Assembly: GCA_958295955.1 (NCBI GenBank)
Contig: OY282420.1
Location: 829,899 to 893,898, forward strand
DNA: 64,000 nucleotides
Reading direction: 5' to 3'
Origin: an uncultured Bryobacterales bacterium
GTDB taxonomy: Bacteria > Acidobacteriota > Terriglobia > Bryobacterales > UBA6623
The notes beneath the pieces were generated by a model. It ran no database searches, had not been told where the DNA came from, and saw only the letters and a program-made list of their open reading frames with translations. Numbering within the stretch: the stretch's first letter is position 1; each line of letters starts with the position of its first letter. Shown piece by piece: positions 8,130-18,365 of this stretch. The translations under genes were made by a program, and so were the position numbers.

Positions 8130-10273
8130 TGTCCGCCCCTTGCCTCGGCCAGCGCCAACGGCCACACTTCGCCCGCCCCGCGCGAGCGAAGCAGCCAAGC
8201 CGCGACGGTGAAGGTCCACCGCGAATCCACCATATCATCAACCAGAAGTACCGGTCCGGCAAGCATATCCTTGTCAACGACCGCCAGCGAACCATCGACA
8301 TTGCGAGCCTGATAGGTACTGTTTGCCATCGTTTTCTGTTCCGGGCGGTTCTCCGTCTTTACGAGTGCCGGCCGGAACGGGAGTTCAAGCGCTTCGGCGA
8401 GGCGCCGAGCGAAATCAGGCGCCAGATCCGGGCGGCGGCACGAGGGAACGGCAGTCACCCATTCGGGAGCAGGGTCGGGATTCCACTCCTGCACCAGTTC
8501 CGTGCAGGCAGTCACCAAGTCGTCGGAAAAACGGTCGTTCCGGTACTTCCCTTGCCGCACCGAACTCCCCCAGCCGGCATCGCCCCAGACGCAGAGCGCC
8601 TTTCCAGGTTGAGCTTGGAGATGAGGATCGATTCGCCCGCAGAGACCGTATTGCGGCAATCCTCCGGAAGACCATTGCAGACGAGGTTCGATCGGCAGGC
8701 TCGTGCGGCGCAAGAAAACGATCGCCTCGCGAATGAGTTCCTGGTCCACGGACGATGGCAAGTTCGGCAAATCCGGCGGCGGATCGCTGCCGGGTTCGCC
8801 GTCCAGCGCCCGGATCAAAAACGCCATGTGGCCGGAAGTCAACTCTACGTATTCCTGCATCTGCTCCTGTTCCGCCTGCCGCAGTTTTGTGAGCCGCCGC
8901 GCCCGTTCCCAGAAGGCATCGTTCAGCGCCGCGGCCGTGAGTTGCCACTTCGCCCCTTGCTTCGCGAGAGGGGCCGGAGACTCCAGGGAAAGCAGTTGGA
9001 GCGTCTTCTGTATCCGGCCGGAGCTGACGTTGACCTTGCTCTCGATCCGGCTCATCGACAGGCCCTCCGGCGCCGCCTCCAAGGCCGCGAGCACTTCTTC
9101 GACCTCCTCGCGTGTCGGGAATGCGCTCCCGACACAGTAGTCGTTGATTTCGGTCTCCTCGCGGCCGCTCAACAACACCCCGTAAGCATGGTCGATCGCG
9201 CGGCCGGCCCGCCCCACCTGCTGGTAATAAGCCATCACGGAGCCCGGGGCTTGGTAGTGAATGACAAAGGCCAGGTCCGGTTTATCGAAGCCCATTCCCA
9301 GCGCAACCGTTGCAACCAGCGCCTTCACCTCATTATTGAGCAAAGCCTGCTCCAACTCCGTCCGGCGGTCGTCTGTCTCGCTTGTGTAGGCTTCTACTAC
9401 GATTTTGCGCGACTTGAGCCATGCAGCCGTCTGATTCGCGTCGCGAACCGTGAGCGAGTAAACGATTCCGCTTCCCGGAAGTTTGGGTATTTGTTCCGCC
9501 AGCCACGCGAGCCGTTCGGCCGTCCCCGGCAAGCGAATGGTTTGCAGCGACAGTGACGGTCTACTGAGATCGCCCCGCGAGATTGCCAGGTTCGGCCCCA
9601 GAATTCCCTTCAAATCGGCCATTACGCGGCTGTTCGCCGTCGCCGTGGTCGCCAGTAGCCGGAGATTCGGCGGCATCTTGGTCCAGCATTTTGTTCATCG
9701 CGGTTCTCGCGTCGCCGTGGTCGCCAGTAGCCGGAGATTCGGCGGCAGCGTTCGGACAATGCGTTCGATCAGTCGATAGTGCGGACGGAAATCGTGGCCC
9801 CAATCGGAGATACAATGCGCTTCGTCGATGACGACCAGCGCGACCCGATCTGCAATCGCGGCCAACACCTCGTTGAGAAAACGCTCGTTTGCCAGCCGTT
9901 CCGGAGAAATGAGCAGGATATCCACCCTGCCGTGCTGAACGGCTTGCTCAACCTCGCTCCATTGTTCCTGGTTGTCGGAGTTGATCGTCTCGGCTCTGAT
10001 TCCCATCCGACTCGCCGCGGCAATCTGATTGCGCATCAGCGCGAGCAGCGGGCTGACAAGCAGCGCAGGCCCCATACCCGCTTCCCGCAGCAGCTTTGTT
10101 GCAATGAAGTAAACGAAGCTTTTGCCCCAACCGGTCTTCTGCACGACCAGTATCCGGTTATTTCCGCTGACGACCTGCCGGATGGCCTCTTCCTGGCCTT
10201 CGCGAAACACCGCGCCGGGCCGTCCGCAGCCCATTCGTAGAAGTTCCAGAGCGCGGGCCGGCTGATACATCAT
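8126..10273 (-). pseudogene. RecQ-like helicase with C-terminal ComF-like PRTase domain (RqlH-like), interrupted by a 72-bp in-frame insertion carrying TGA
   Basis: N-part (9695-10273): QKTGWGKS, SPLLALM, SPER, DEAHCISDWGHDFRP. C-part (8126-9676): ATVALGMGFDKPD, YYQQVGRAGR, PRPP-binding [12 protein letters not shown]. Both ORFs are in the same frame and both contain PPNLRLLATTAT. Confidence 0.88.
9638..9747. repeat. Perfect 38-bp direct repeat flanking a 34-bp unique insert (repeat-spacer-repeat)
   Basis: CGTCGCCGTGGTCGCCAGTAGCCGGAGATTCGGCGGCA at 9638-9675 and 9710-9747; insert TCTTGGTCCAGCATTTTGTTCATCGCGGTTCTCG at 9676-9709. Confidence 0.95.
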
Positions 10274-10311
10274 CGACTTGCTCTGAGTACGCCACGCCTG
10301 GATGCGCGGCG

Positions 10312-10740
10312 TCAGGCCGCGGGCGCGGCGCGGGCATGCCACTCAGCGGACTCTTCGCCCGGCTCGGGCAGGATGCGCCCCGCTTCCATCGTCCACGAGG
10401 CGGGCGCTTCGCTGATGCGGCCGCTGACTGCGCTTGCGGGAACGCCGGCGATCTCGCTGAATTTTTCGAGCAGACCGTCCAGGATGCGCCGCTTGACCTG
10501 GGGATGCCGGCCGGCCCGGTTGCCGCCGGCAATGAAATACGGAGTGTCGTAGCGCATGGCGCCGCTGCCGTGCGAATCGGCAATCTCGCCGCTTCCCGAA
10601 ACTTCCAGAAAAACGACCTGCACGAAGCTGCGGGGCGCAGCGGAAATGCCGCAATGCACGTCGGTAAAGGCAACGGCAATTTCGCGGCGCTGCTCGTAAG
10701 ACAACGAATCCGGCGGAATCAGGCAACGGTAGAACGGCAT
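10312..10740 (-). CDS. Tautomerase-superfamily protein (Pro1; cis-CaaD-like size)
   Basis: Starts M-P; AFTDVHC..APRSFVQVVF, RAGR, EAPASWTMEAGRILPEPGEE. Confidence 0.75.
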   Translation of the reverse strand: MPFYRCLIPPDSLSYEQRREIAVAFTDVHCGISAAPRSFVQVVFLEVSGSGEIADSHGSGAMRYDTPYFIAGGNRAGRHPQVKRRILDGLLEKFSEIAGVPASAVSGRISEAPASWTMEAGRILPEPGEESAEWHARAAPAA

Positions 10741-10784
10741 ATCGATTTCCTTTCTCTTTTGTATTTCCTAATCATTCCGGCGCT

Positions 10785-11117
10785 TCAACCGGTCCAGCCG
10801 CGGTCGCGGGCCGAGACGATCACTTCATCGGCGGCAGCCCCCGTGATGCGCCGCCAGGAACGCTCGAGCGCGTGCAGCAGCCGCCCGCGGGTTTCGCGGC
10901 TGCAGCCGTCGGGGATGCGCCCCCGCACCAGCGAAGTGGTCGAGGGCTCGCCGCCGCGGAATCCGAAGCCTTTGCGCGCCTCCACCCACGACACGCTCAC
11001 CGGGCCGCTCTCCGCCCCCAGCACTTCGCTACAGGCCGCCTCGATGGCTTGGGCGAGGCGCGGACGGAGGCGCTCGCCGACGCATCCTTCCTGGACGGTG
11101 CATTCAAAGTCGATCAT
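10785..11117 (-). CDS. Tautomerase-like small protein lacking Pro1
   Basis: VSWVEA..GF.GGEPSTTSLV..IPDG..RGRLL..W..ITG...EVIV pattern; adjacent to the tautomerase. Confidence 0.5.
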   Translation of the reverse strand: MIDFECTVQEGCVGERLRPRLAQAIEAACSEVLGAESGPVSVSWVEARKGFGFRGGEPSTTSLVRGRIPDGCSRETRGRLLHALERSWRRITGAAADEVIVSARDRGWTG

Positions 11118-11142
11118 GTCTCTCCCGCCCCGCGGCCCCGAT

Positions 11143-12768
11143 TCATTCCCGCTCCGCCAGCCTGATCACGGGCGCCAGCAGGTTGTCCACCGGCGCGAAG
11201 TCATCGGTCAGCGCCAATCCGCCCGAGCGCAGGCGAAGCTTGGCAAGATGCTCCGGCGCAAGCAGCGCGGCGCTGTACCTATCGTAATCCAGGTTTTTCA
11301 AGGGTAACAACTTGGTCGCGCCCACCACCACGAAAGTATCGCGCTCGTCGTCGTCCGACGGCCCGCCCGGCGAGGTGCAAAAGACATAGACGTAGGGGAA
11401 CGACCGCTCCAGCGTATTGATCATCGCCCCCAGAAAGCGCCCCGAGCGGTAAACGTCGATCACGTTCGCCAGGAATGCCGACTCGGCGCTCATCAGGCGG
11501 CGGACTTTTTCATTGAACTCATGGGTCGTCAAATGAAAGGGCGGCGAATAATGGTTGAAGGCGTCGCCGTAAACCAGGTCGAATTTCGCGCTCCGTTCCG
11601 CGCGCCGCCCGCCGCGCGGCAGGCGCAGGAGCAGGTCGTCGACGTGATTGCGGGCGTCGAGATTGAAGATGCGTAACGGGGTGTCGGCTTCGAGGCCGAA
11701 CGACTCGAAAGCGGCGCGCGTTACCGCCGGATCGATTTCGGCGACCTCGGCGTATGCCCGGGGGAAACGACGCGCGTACCAGCGCGGAAACACGAACCCG
11801 CCGCCGCCGAGGAACAGCGCCCGCGCATCGCCTGCGGGGCGCCAGGCGCGGACCGCGGCTTCGGTGACGCCGGCGTAGATGCGCTCGTAGTCGTAGTGCA
11901 ACTCGTCGGGATCGAACATATCGACGTAGGCGTGGATCAGGAAGTCGAGCGTCATCGAGCGCAGTCCCGGCGTGTCGATTTCTTCCTCGACGCGGATGTA
12001 AGAGTACTGCGACTCTTCTTCGAGGAAAACGTACTCGCCGACGTCATGCCGCAGGCCCAGGCGGCCGCCGGCGGTTTTGGCCCACTCGAAGGGCGCCGCC
12101 GCCGCCAGCGCGCAGGCGATCACCACGCCGCACCACAGCCAGGGCAGCAGGCCGGCCGCGCCGTAGAAAATGGCCATCGCCAGCAGCACGGCCGCAACCG
12201 ACAACAACACCGCGATAGTCCCCATATGGGCGATCAGGAAATACCCCGTAAGAAAAGTCCCGACGATGCTGCCGACGGCGCCCCAGGAATAAACGTTGCC
12301 GACGGCGCGGCCGAGGCGGCGGCTCATCCGGATGGCCATCTTGGCCGCCACCGGGCCGATCGTGCCGAGCAGGCACGACGGCAGGAAGAAGACGGCGAAG
12401 ACGTGGCAGGCGATGCGCGCCGCCCAGTCCATTTCGCGCAGCAGAGGCGCGGCGCCCAGGCGGTCGTTCAGCAGCGGGATCAACAGGCAAGTCGCCGAAG
12501 CCATCAGAAACAGCGACGACAACGCCGCCTTGGGCTCGTAGCGGTCGGCGATGCGGCCGCCGGCGTAGTTGCCCGCGGCGATGCCGGCAAGAACGATGCC
12601 GATGACCGAGGTCCAGGTGTAGAGCGAACTGCCGACGTGCCGCGCGATCAGACGGCCGGCGACCAGCTCGACGACCATGATGCAAAGGCTGGAAACGAAA
12701 ACCGTCGCGACGGGGGTCCAACGCTTCCAGCGGGTCGGGTCGGAAACGGCGGGAGTCTCGGCGGACAT
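11143..12768 (-). CDS. Fused membrane domain / spermidine-synthase-like SAM-dependent protein
   Basis: About 7 TM helices (MVVELVAGR..GSSLYTWTSVIG), then LFLGGGG, EIDP, DAR, DAF, LTDDFAPVD. Confidence 0.85.
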   Translation of the reverse strand: MSAETPAVSDPTRWKRWTPVATVFVSSLCIMVVELVAGRLIARHVGSSLYTWTSVIGIVLAGIAAGNYAGGRIADRYEPKAALSSLFLMASATCLLIPLLNDRLGAAPLLREMDWAARIACHVFAVFFLPSCLLGTIGPVAAKMAIRMSRRLGRAVGNVYSWGAVGSIVGTFLTGYFLIAHMGTIAVLLSVAAVLLAMAIFYGAAGLLPWLWCGVVIACALAAAAPFEWAKTAGGRLGLRHDVGEYVFLEEESQYSYIRVEEEIDTPGLRSMTLDFLIHAYVDMFDPDELHYDYERIYAGVTEAAVRAWRPAGDARALFLGGGGFVFPRWYARRFPRAYAEVAEIDPAVTRAAFESFGLEADTPLRIFNLDARNHVDDLLLRLPRGGRRAERSAKFDLVYGDAFNHYSPPFHLTTHEFNEKVRRLMSAESAFLANVIDVYRSGRFLGAMINTLERSFPYVYVFCTSPGGPSDDDERDTFVVVGATKLLPLKNLDYDRYSAALLAPEHLAKLRLRSGGLALTDDFAPVDNLLAPVIRLAERE

Positions 12769-13069
12769 GGACAAAAATAAGGGCGCGGTCGAAGCCGCGA
12801 AGAGATACAGCGTAGCGCACCGGCTACATGCTGACTGTGACGGCGTCTCGGGACGGGCGGAAACCTGAGGTTATGGAGTTTCATTTTTCCGCCGGCCGTC
12901 CGGGTCGGCGCCGCCAGCGCTGCCGATGCTTATCCCCAGCGGCGCCGCCGGAAATCGAATTTCCGGCATTCACCGCTTGCGGGGCGGCTTACCGTTCGTT
13001 TGCGTACGGGTTAGTCGAGGATGCGCAAGACGAATAGCCGCCGGAGCGGCGGCCGGGGCTTTGCCGGCT

Positions 13070-13471
13070 TTATTGCTCTTGGCTGCCGGGCGCCCGGGCT
13101 TTTCGGGCGGCGCGGAACGAGCGGACGCACAACACGAGAAACGCCGCCAAGGCAAGGGCCATGACGGCCTTGGACGACGACGCCAAGGGCTGCTCCGGCG
13201 CGTCTCCGGCGAGCATCGCAAACACTTCAATGACGCCGGCGGCGGTCGCCAGGAACCCGATCAGCGCCAGCGCCGCGGCGGCATGCATCGCGTGCTTGCG
13301 CAGCGGCTCTTTGCGGGCCGCGGCGCCGAGCGCCGCGAAAACAATTCCGAAACCCGCCGGAATCAGAGCGGTCGGAGCGGCCATGCCGCTCGCCGCGTAG
13401 CCGGCGGCGCCGAGAACGATCAGGAGCGCTGCGAGAACGATAGTGACGACAGGCATGGGCATCGCATCCAT
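13070..13471 (-). CDS. Small four-TM membrane protein
   Basis: Four hydrophobic helices; TALIPA, RKHAMH and CVRSF motifs. Confidence 0.75.
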   Translation of the reverse strand: MDAMPMPVVTIVLAALLIVLGAAGYAASGMAAPTALIPAGFGIVFAALGAAARKEPLRKHAMHAAAALALIGFLATAAGVIEVFAMLAGDAPEQPLASSSKAVMALALAAFLVLCVRSFRAARKARAPGSQEQ

Positions 13472-13516
13472 TTTAGCCGCCGCCGGAAACAAGTTCCGCT
13501 GCGGCGGATGTTTCCG

Positions 13517-14491
13517 TCAAGCGGCGCCCGCCGACTGCAGAGCGGTAATCGCGGCGACGTAGTAGATGTCGTCCACGGAACAGCCGCGGGAAAGATCGTT
13601 GGCCGGATTGTTGAGGCCCTGCAGGAACGGCCCCAGCGACTGCGCGCCGCCCAGCCGCTCGGCCAACTTGTAACCGATGTTGGCGGCGTTCAGGTCAGGG
13701 AAGACCAGCACGTTGGCTTTGCCCGCGACCGGGGAGCCGGGCGCCTTCGAGGCTCCGACGGACTCGAGCAGCGCGGCGTCGGCTTGCAGCTCCCCATCTA
13801 TTTTCAATTCGGGAGCGCGCGCCCGCGCGATGCGCAAGGCTTCGATGACTTTGTCGACCAGCGGATGGCCGGCGCTGCCTTTCGTCGAGAACGACAGCAG
13901 CGCCACATGCGGCTCGGCGTTCAACAGTCGGCGGCTGTTCGCCGCCGCGGCGACGGCGATATCGGCCAACTCGGCCGCCGACGGGTCGGGGACGACGGCG
14001 GCGTCGGCAAAGACCATGACGCCGTTCGCGCCGAATTGCGGGTTCGGATGAACCTGCACCATGAAGCTCGATACGAGCTTCGCATCGGGCCGCACCCCGA
14101 CGCATTGAATCAGCGCCCGCAGGGTTTCGGCAGTGGTGTTGCTCGCGCCGCCGACGAGGCCCTCGGCGCCGCCGTCGGCCAGCAGCAGAGCGGCGTAGTA
14201 CAGCGGCCTTTTGGCGGCCGCGGCGGCTTCGACTTCGGTTACGCCTCTGGCGCGGCGGCGTTCATGGTAGATGCGGGCGTAGCGCTGCAGACGGTCGGAA
14301 GCTTGCGGATCGGCGCAACTCACTCCGGGGGCGCACTCCGTGTTTGCGCTGACCAGAATCGGACGGACAACCCGGTCGCGGGCCAGCCGCGCACAGGCTT
14401 CCCGCACCCGCGGGTCGTCGCCCTCGGGGAAGACGATGCGGGCATTGAGCGGACGAGCCCTCTCGACCAAGCTCGACAAGTAAGCCAGCAT
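13517..14491 (-). CDS. pta: Phosphate acetyltransferase
   Basis: [45 protein letters not shown]. Confidence 0.92.
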   Translation of the reverse strand: MLAYLSSLVERARPLNARIVFPEGDDPRVREACARLARDRVVRPILVSANTECAPGVSCADPQASDRLQRYARIYHERRRARGVTEVEAAAAAKRPLYYAALLLADGGAEGLVGGASNTTAETLRALIQCVGVRPDAKLVSSFMVQVHPNPQFGANGVMVFADAAVVPDPSAAELADIAVAAAANSRRLLNAEPHVALLSFSTKGSAGHPLVDKVIEALRIARARAPELKIDGELQADAALLESVGASKAPGSPVAGKANVLVFPDLNAANIGYKLAERLGGAQSLGPFLQGLNNPANDLSRGCSVDDIYYVAAITALQSAGAA

Positions 14492-14640
14492 GCATACGAT
14501 CGTAGCGGGTTCGAGCCGCTGCTGTCCGCTGCGCGATCGAACGGTCTTCCCCGCGGCGAAGGGCTGCCGGTTTTCGACTCGCGACCGGCGCGCGCCGGCG
14601 CGGTCCGCTATCCTCGAAAGATCGGACGGACAGCCCTTCC

Positions 14641-15654
14641 ATGCATGTTTTCGAGCTGACGCGCGCCCTGATCGACATCGATTCGGTCACGCCGAACGAA
14701 GAGGAGATCGGCAACTATCTCTTCGACTATCTGCGTCCGCTTGCCGACCGCTACGGCGGCTCGATCGAGAAACAGGAAGTCGAGCCGGGCCGCAACAACG
14801 TCTGGATTCATTGGGGCGCGCCCCAGGTGGTTTTTTCCACCCACATGGACACCGTTCCCCCGTTCATCCCTTCCAGAGAAGACGACGAGTTTATCTGGGG
14901 GCGCGGCGCCTGCGATACGCACGGCATTGCCGCGGCGATGATCAAAGCCGTCGAAGCGCTGCTCGCAGCAGGGGTGCGCGGTCTCGGCCTGCTGCTGGTC
15001 GTCGGCGAAGAGGTCAACGGCCTGGGCGCCCGGCACGCCAACAAGACCCCGCCGCCCGGCGTCCGATATCTGATCAACGGCGAGCCGACGGAAAATCTGC
15101 TGGCGCTCGGCTCCAAAGGAGTCTTGGGGCTCAAGCTCCGCGCCGCCGGCCGCGCCTGCCACTCGGCCTACCCCGAACTCGGCGACTCGGCAACCGAAAA
15201 GTTGCTCGCCAACCTCAACCGCCTGCGTTCGCTGGAGTGGCCGAGCGACGAACTGCTGGGCGAAACCACCGTCAACGTCGGCACGCTCGACGCCGGCCCG
15301 GCAATGAACGTCATCTCCGATTACGCCTCGGCCGCCGTGATGATCCGCGTCGTCGCCGATCTCGAAGAGACCAAGGCGCTGGCGCTGGGCGCGCTCGAAG
15401 GCGTGGAAGTCGAAATCGCCGCGGCCACGCCGCCGCTGCGCATGGAGCAACTCGAAGGGTTCGAGACCTGCGTGGTGAAATATACCACCGACATCCCCAA
15501 GCTCGCCGACTGGGGGCGGCCGCTACTGCTCGGCCCCGGTTCCATCCACCACGCCCACACCCTGGAAGAGCGCATCGGCAAGAGCGAAATCCTGGAAGCC
15601 GTCGCCCTATATACGGATATGGCAAAAAACCTCAAGACCGCGGCGGCTGCGTAG
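14641..15654 (+). CDS. M20 metallo-amidohydrolase (ArgE/DapE-like)
   Basis: THMDTV, GRGACD, GEE, NGEPT, HSAYPE, GPGSI..AHT; upstream of asd. Confidence 0.88.
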   Translation: MHVFELTRALIDIDSVTPNEEEIGNYLFDYLRPLADRYGGSIEKQEVEPGRNNVWIHWGAPQVVFSTHMDTVPPFIPSREDDEFIWGRGACDTHGIAAAMIKAVEALLAAGVRGLGLLLVVGEEVNGLGARHANKTPPPGVRYLINGEPTENLLALGSKGVLGLKLRAAGRACHSAYPELGDSATEKLLANLNRLRSLEWPSDELLGETTVNVGTLDAGPAMNVISDYASAAVMIRVVADLEETKALALGALEGVEVEIAAATPPLRMEQLEGFETCVVKYTTDIPKLADWGRPLLLGPGSIHHAHTLEERIGKSEILEAVALYTDMAKNLKTAAAA

Positions 15655-15737
15655 AGAGCGCCGCCCCGCGCCCCGGAAGCGTAAACGCCGGTCCCGCGCG
15701 CGGGCCGCATTCCCCAAACAAAGCGAAAATGAAAACG

Positions 15738-16793
15738 ATGTCCGAAAAAATCGCAGTCGGCGTGCTCGGAGCGACCGGCACGGTCGGCCAGCAATTCGTC
15801 ACCCAACTGCAGGGACACCCCTGGTTCGATCTCGCCTGGCTGGGAGCGAGCGCCCGCAGCGCGGGCAAGCGCTACGCCGACGCCGCCCATTGGAACCAGG
15901 ACGGCTCCGCGCCCGCATCCGTCGCGGACATGACGGTGCAGGAGGCGAAGCCCGCCGCCGGAGCGCCGCGGCTGATGTTCTCCGCCATGGACGCCTCCGC
16001 CGCCGGCGCAATCGAGCAGGCGTTCGCCCGCGCCGGCCATTTCGTCGTCTCGAATGCGCGCAACCACCGCATGCTGCCCGACGTTCCCCTGCTGGTGCCC
16101 GAGATCAACGCCGATCACCTGGGAATCCTCGCAGCCCAGCGCAAAAACCGCGGCCGGCCGGGAGCGATCGTCACCAACCCCAACTGCTCGACGATCGCAC
16201 TTGCGTTGGGCTTGGCGCCCTTGAAGCGGTTCGGCATCGAAAAGGTCATGGTCACCACCATGCAGGCTATCTCGGGCGCGGGCTATCCGGGTCTGCCGGC
16301 GATGGATATCGTGGCCAACGCGATCCCCTACATTGGCGGCGAAGAAGAAAAAATAGAAGCGGAAACCCAAAAAATCCTGGGAGACTTCGTCGACGGCGAA
16401 ATCCGCCCCCTGCCTGCCGTCGTCAGCGCCCACTGCAATCGAGTCCAAACGATCGACGGCCACCTGGAGTCCGTCTCCGTCGCGCTTGCGCAAAAACCGG
16501 GCGTGGACGCGCTCATCCGGGCATTCCAGGACTTCCGCGGCATCCCGCAGGAAAAGAACCTGCCGACCGCGCCCGCGCGGCCCGTCCACTGGCTGCCTGA
16601 ACTCGACCGCCCGCAGCCGCGGCGCGACGCCATGAGCGAGAACGGCATGGCGGCGAGCGTGGGCCGCGTCCGCGAATGCCCCGTGCTCGACTACAAATTC
16701 GTCGTGCTGGCGCACAACACCATCCGGGGAGCGGCGGGCGCCGCGGTGCTGAACGCCGAGCTACTCCATGCCGAGGGGCTGTTGACGCCCTGA
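15738..16793 (+). CDS. asd: Aspartate-semialdehyde dehydrogenase
   Basis: [37 protein letters not shown]; real start is 15729 or 15738 within the longer ORF. Confidence 0.95.
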   Translation: MSEKIAVGVLGATGTVGQQFVTQLQGHPWFDLAWLGASARSAGKRYADAAHWNQDGSAPASVADMTVQEAKPAAGAPRLMFSAMDASAAGAIEQAFARAGHFVVSNARNHRMLPDVPLLVPEINADHLGILAAQRKNRGRPGAIVTNPNCSTIALALGLAPLKRFGIEKVMVTTMQAISGAGYPGLPAMDIVANAIPYIGGEEEKIEAETQKILGDFVDGEIRPLPAVVSAHCNRVQTIDGHLESVSVALAQKPGVDALIRAFQDFRGIPQEKNLPTAPARPVHWLPELDRPQPRRDAMSENGMAASVGRVRECPVLDYKFVVLAHNTIRGAAGAAVLNAELLHAEGLLTP

Positions 16794-16938
16794 TCGCGAG
16801 CGGCGCCTCCGATTTGTATCCCCGGCAGGCGGTAAAAATTCCGCAGCCGGATGTAACCGCAGCCCCGGCGGCATACGCCTTTTCAAGAGTCCGCTTTCCC
16901 CAAGCCCCGTGCTTCCAGCTTTCGAAAGGAAATCCCGC

Positions 16939-17472
16939 ATGTCTCGTTCTCTCCGTTTTTCGGCTTTTGCAGCCGCCGCCGTTCTGCTCTCGACGCTGCC
17001 TTTAGCGGCTGCGGGCGGCGCCTACCGCGATGAGGCGCTCGCAGATCTCAAAAACCTCGAAACCAAATTCACCGGTCTCGCCGGCGCGGTAGCCGCCGAC
17101 AAGTTCACCTACCGGCCCGGCGAGGGCGTGCGCTCCGTCAGCGAAGTCTATCTGCACGTTGCGGCAGCCAATTTCGGCCTCAGCCGCGTCTTCGGAACTC
17201 CACCGCCGGAAGGCTTCGATTTCCGCGGAATGGAAAAATCAACGACCGACAAAGCCGAGATCGGCAAGAAATTGGCCGCGTCGTTCGCGCACATGCGCGG
17301 CGCGATTGAGAAGCTGGCGGACGGCGACGAAGAAAAGGCCGTGAAAATGTTCGGACGCGACACCACCATGCGCGGCGCGCTCGCCGGCGCGCTCGGCCAT
17401 CTGCACGAGCATCTGGGCCAGGCCATCGCCTACGCCCGAGTGAACGGGACGACTCCGCCCTGGAACGAGTGA
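16939..17472 (+). CDS. Secreted DinB-family protein
   Basis: Signal peptide; YRPGEGVRSVSEVYLH and HLHEHLGQ..Y.R (DinB His triad). Confidence 0.85.
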   Translation: MSRSLRFSAFAAAAVLLSTLPLAAAGGAYRDEALADLKNLETKFTGLAGAVAADKFTYRPGEGVRSVSEVYLHVAAANFGLSRVFGTPPPEGFDFRGMEKSTTDKAEIGKKLAASFAHMRGAIEKLADGDEEKAVKMFGRDTTMRGALAGALGHLHEHLGQAIAYARVNGTTPPWNE

Positions 17473-17549
17473 CCCCGTTGCCTTCCCGGGCGCGGTTCGC
17501 CGCGCCCGCTCTCCCGGCCCCGCGAACGGCCGCAAAGGAGGATTACCCG

Positions 17550-18314
17550 ATGTTCAAAAGCCTTCTCCCGGTTATAGCCGGCGCGGCGGCCATGCTGTCG
17601 GCGCCTGCCGCCGGCGCCCAAAGCCTGCCGCTCGAATCGGCCGACGGCCTGAGCTTGCACAACGCCATCGTCAAAGCCTCGACCCTGAAAGGCAAGAAAG
17701 GGATCGAGATGACCGCCGACCCGGAGGTCGTCAAGGCAACGGCGGCCAAGCGCAGGAAACTATTGGAAGAAATGCGCGCGCGCGGCGAGCGGCCGTCCGG
17801 CCCGGGAACGTTCGAAAGCCTGCGCACCAATCATCTCGCCATTGTCGACGGGGTTGACTTCAGCAACGGAACGATCGAAGTCGAGGCGGCCGGCTCGCCG
17901 GCGCCCGGCGCCCAAGGCGGCGCGCGCGGCTTCGTGGGCATCGCTTGGCGGCTGCAGGACGACAACCACGCTTACGACTGTTTCTACCTGCGCCCCACCA
18001 ACGGACGCGCCGACGATCAGGAACGCCGCAACCACAGCGCCCAGTACATTTCGCATCCCGATTGGACCTGGTACCGCTTCCGCAGCGAAACTCCGAGCAA
18101 GTACGAAACCTACGTCGATATCGTTCCCGACGAATGGATCCAGGTGAAGATCACGGTCGAAGGCGAAAAGGCCCGCCTCTACGTGAACGGAGCCGAACAG
18201 CCGACGCTGGTCATCAACGACGTCAAATCGGGCGCCGAAGCGAGCGGCAAAGTCGCGCTGTGGATCGAGGGCTCGACCATCGGGCGCTTCCGCAACTTGA
18301 AGATCACGCAGTAA
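17550..18314 (+). CDS. Secreted concanavalin-like/DUF1080-type protein
   Basis: Signal peptide after an AAGGAGG RBS; FSNGTIEV, GFVGIAW, CFYLRPTN, W.QVKITV, LYVNG. Confidence 0.7.
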   Translation: MFKSLLPVIAGAAAMLSAPAAGAQSLPLESADGLSLHNAIVKASTLKGKKGIEMTADPEVVKATAAKRRKLLEEMRARGERPSGPGTFESLRTNHLAIVDGVDFSNGTIEVEAAGSPAPGAQGGARGFVGIAWRLQDDNHAYDCFYLRPTNGRADDQERRNHSAQYISHPDWTWYRFRSETPSKYETYVDIVPDEWIQVKITVEGEKARLYVNGAEQPTLVINDVKSGAEASGKVALWIEGSTIGRFRNLKITQ

Positions 18315-18365
18315 GCGGCGTTTCGGCCTGCCCCGGCAAGGCGACGCAGGGCTATGATAGTGACT

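Noticed and set aside
9695-9697. Selenocysteine read-through of the TGA in the helicase
   Set aside because: The TGA lies in the foreign insert and does not align with a conserved Cys.
9638-9747. Canonical CRISPR array
   Set aside because: Only two repeats, the repeat is helicase coding sequence, and there is no leader or cas gene in the window; kept only as a possible ectopic integration.
14490-15737. 767-aa Asd with a long N-terminal extension
   Set aside because: The extension is an off-frame overlap with the M20 hydrolase gene; Asd starts at 15729 or 15738.
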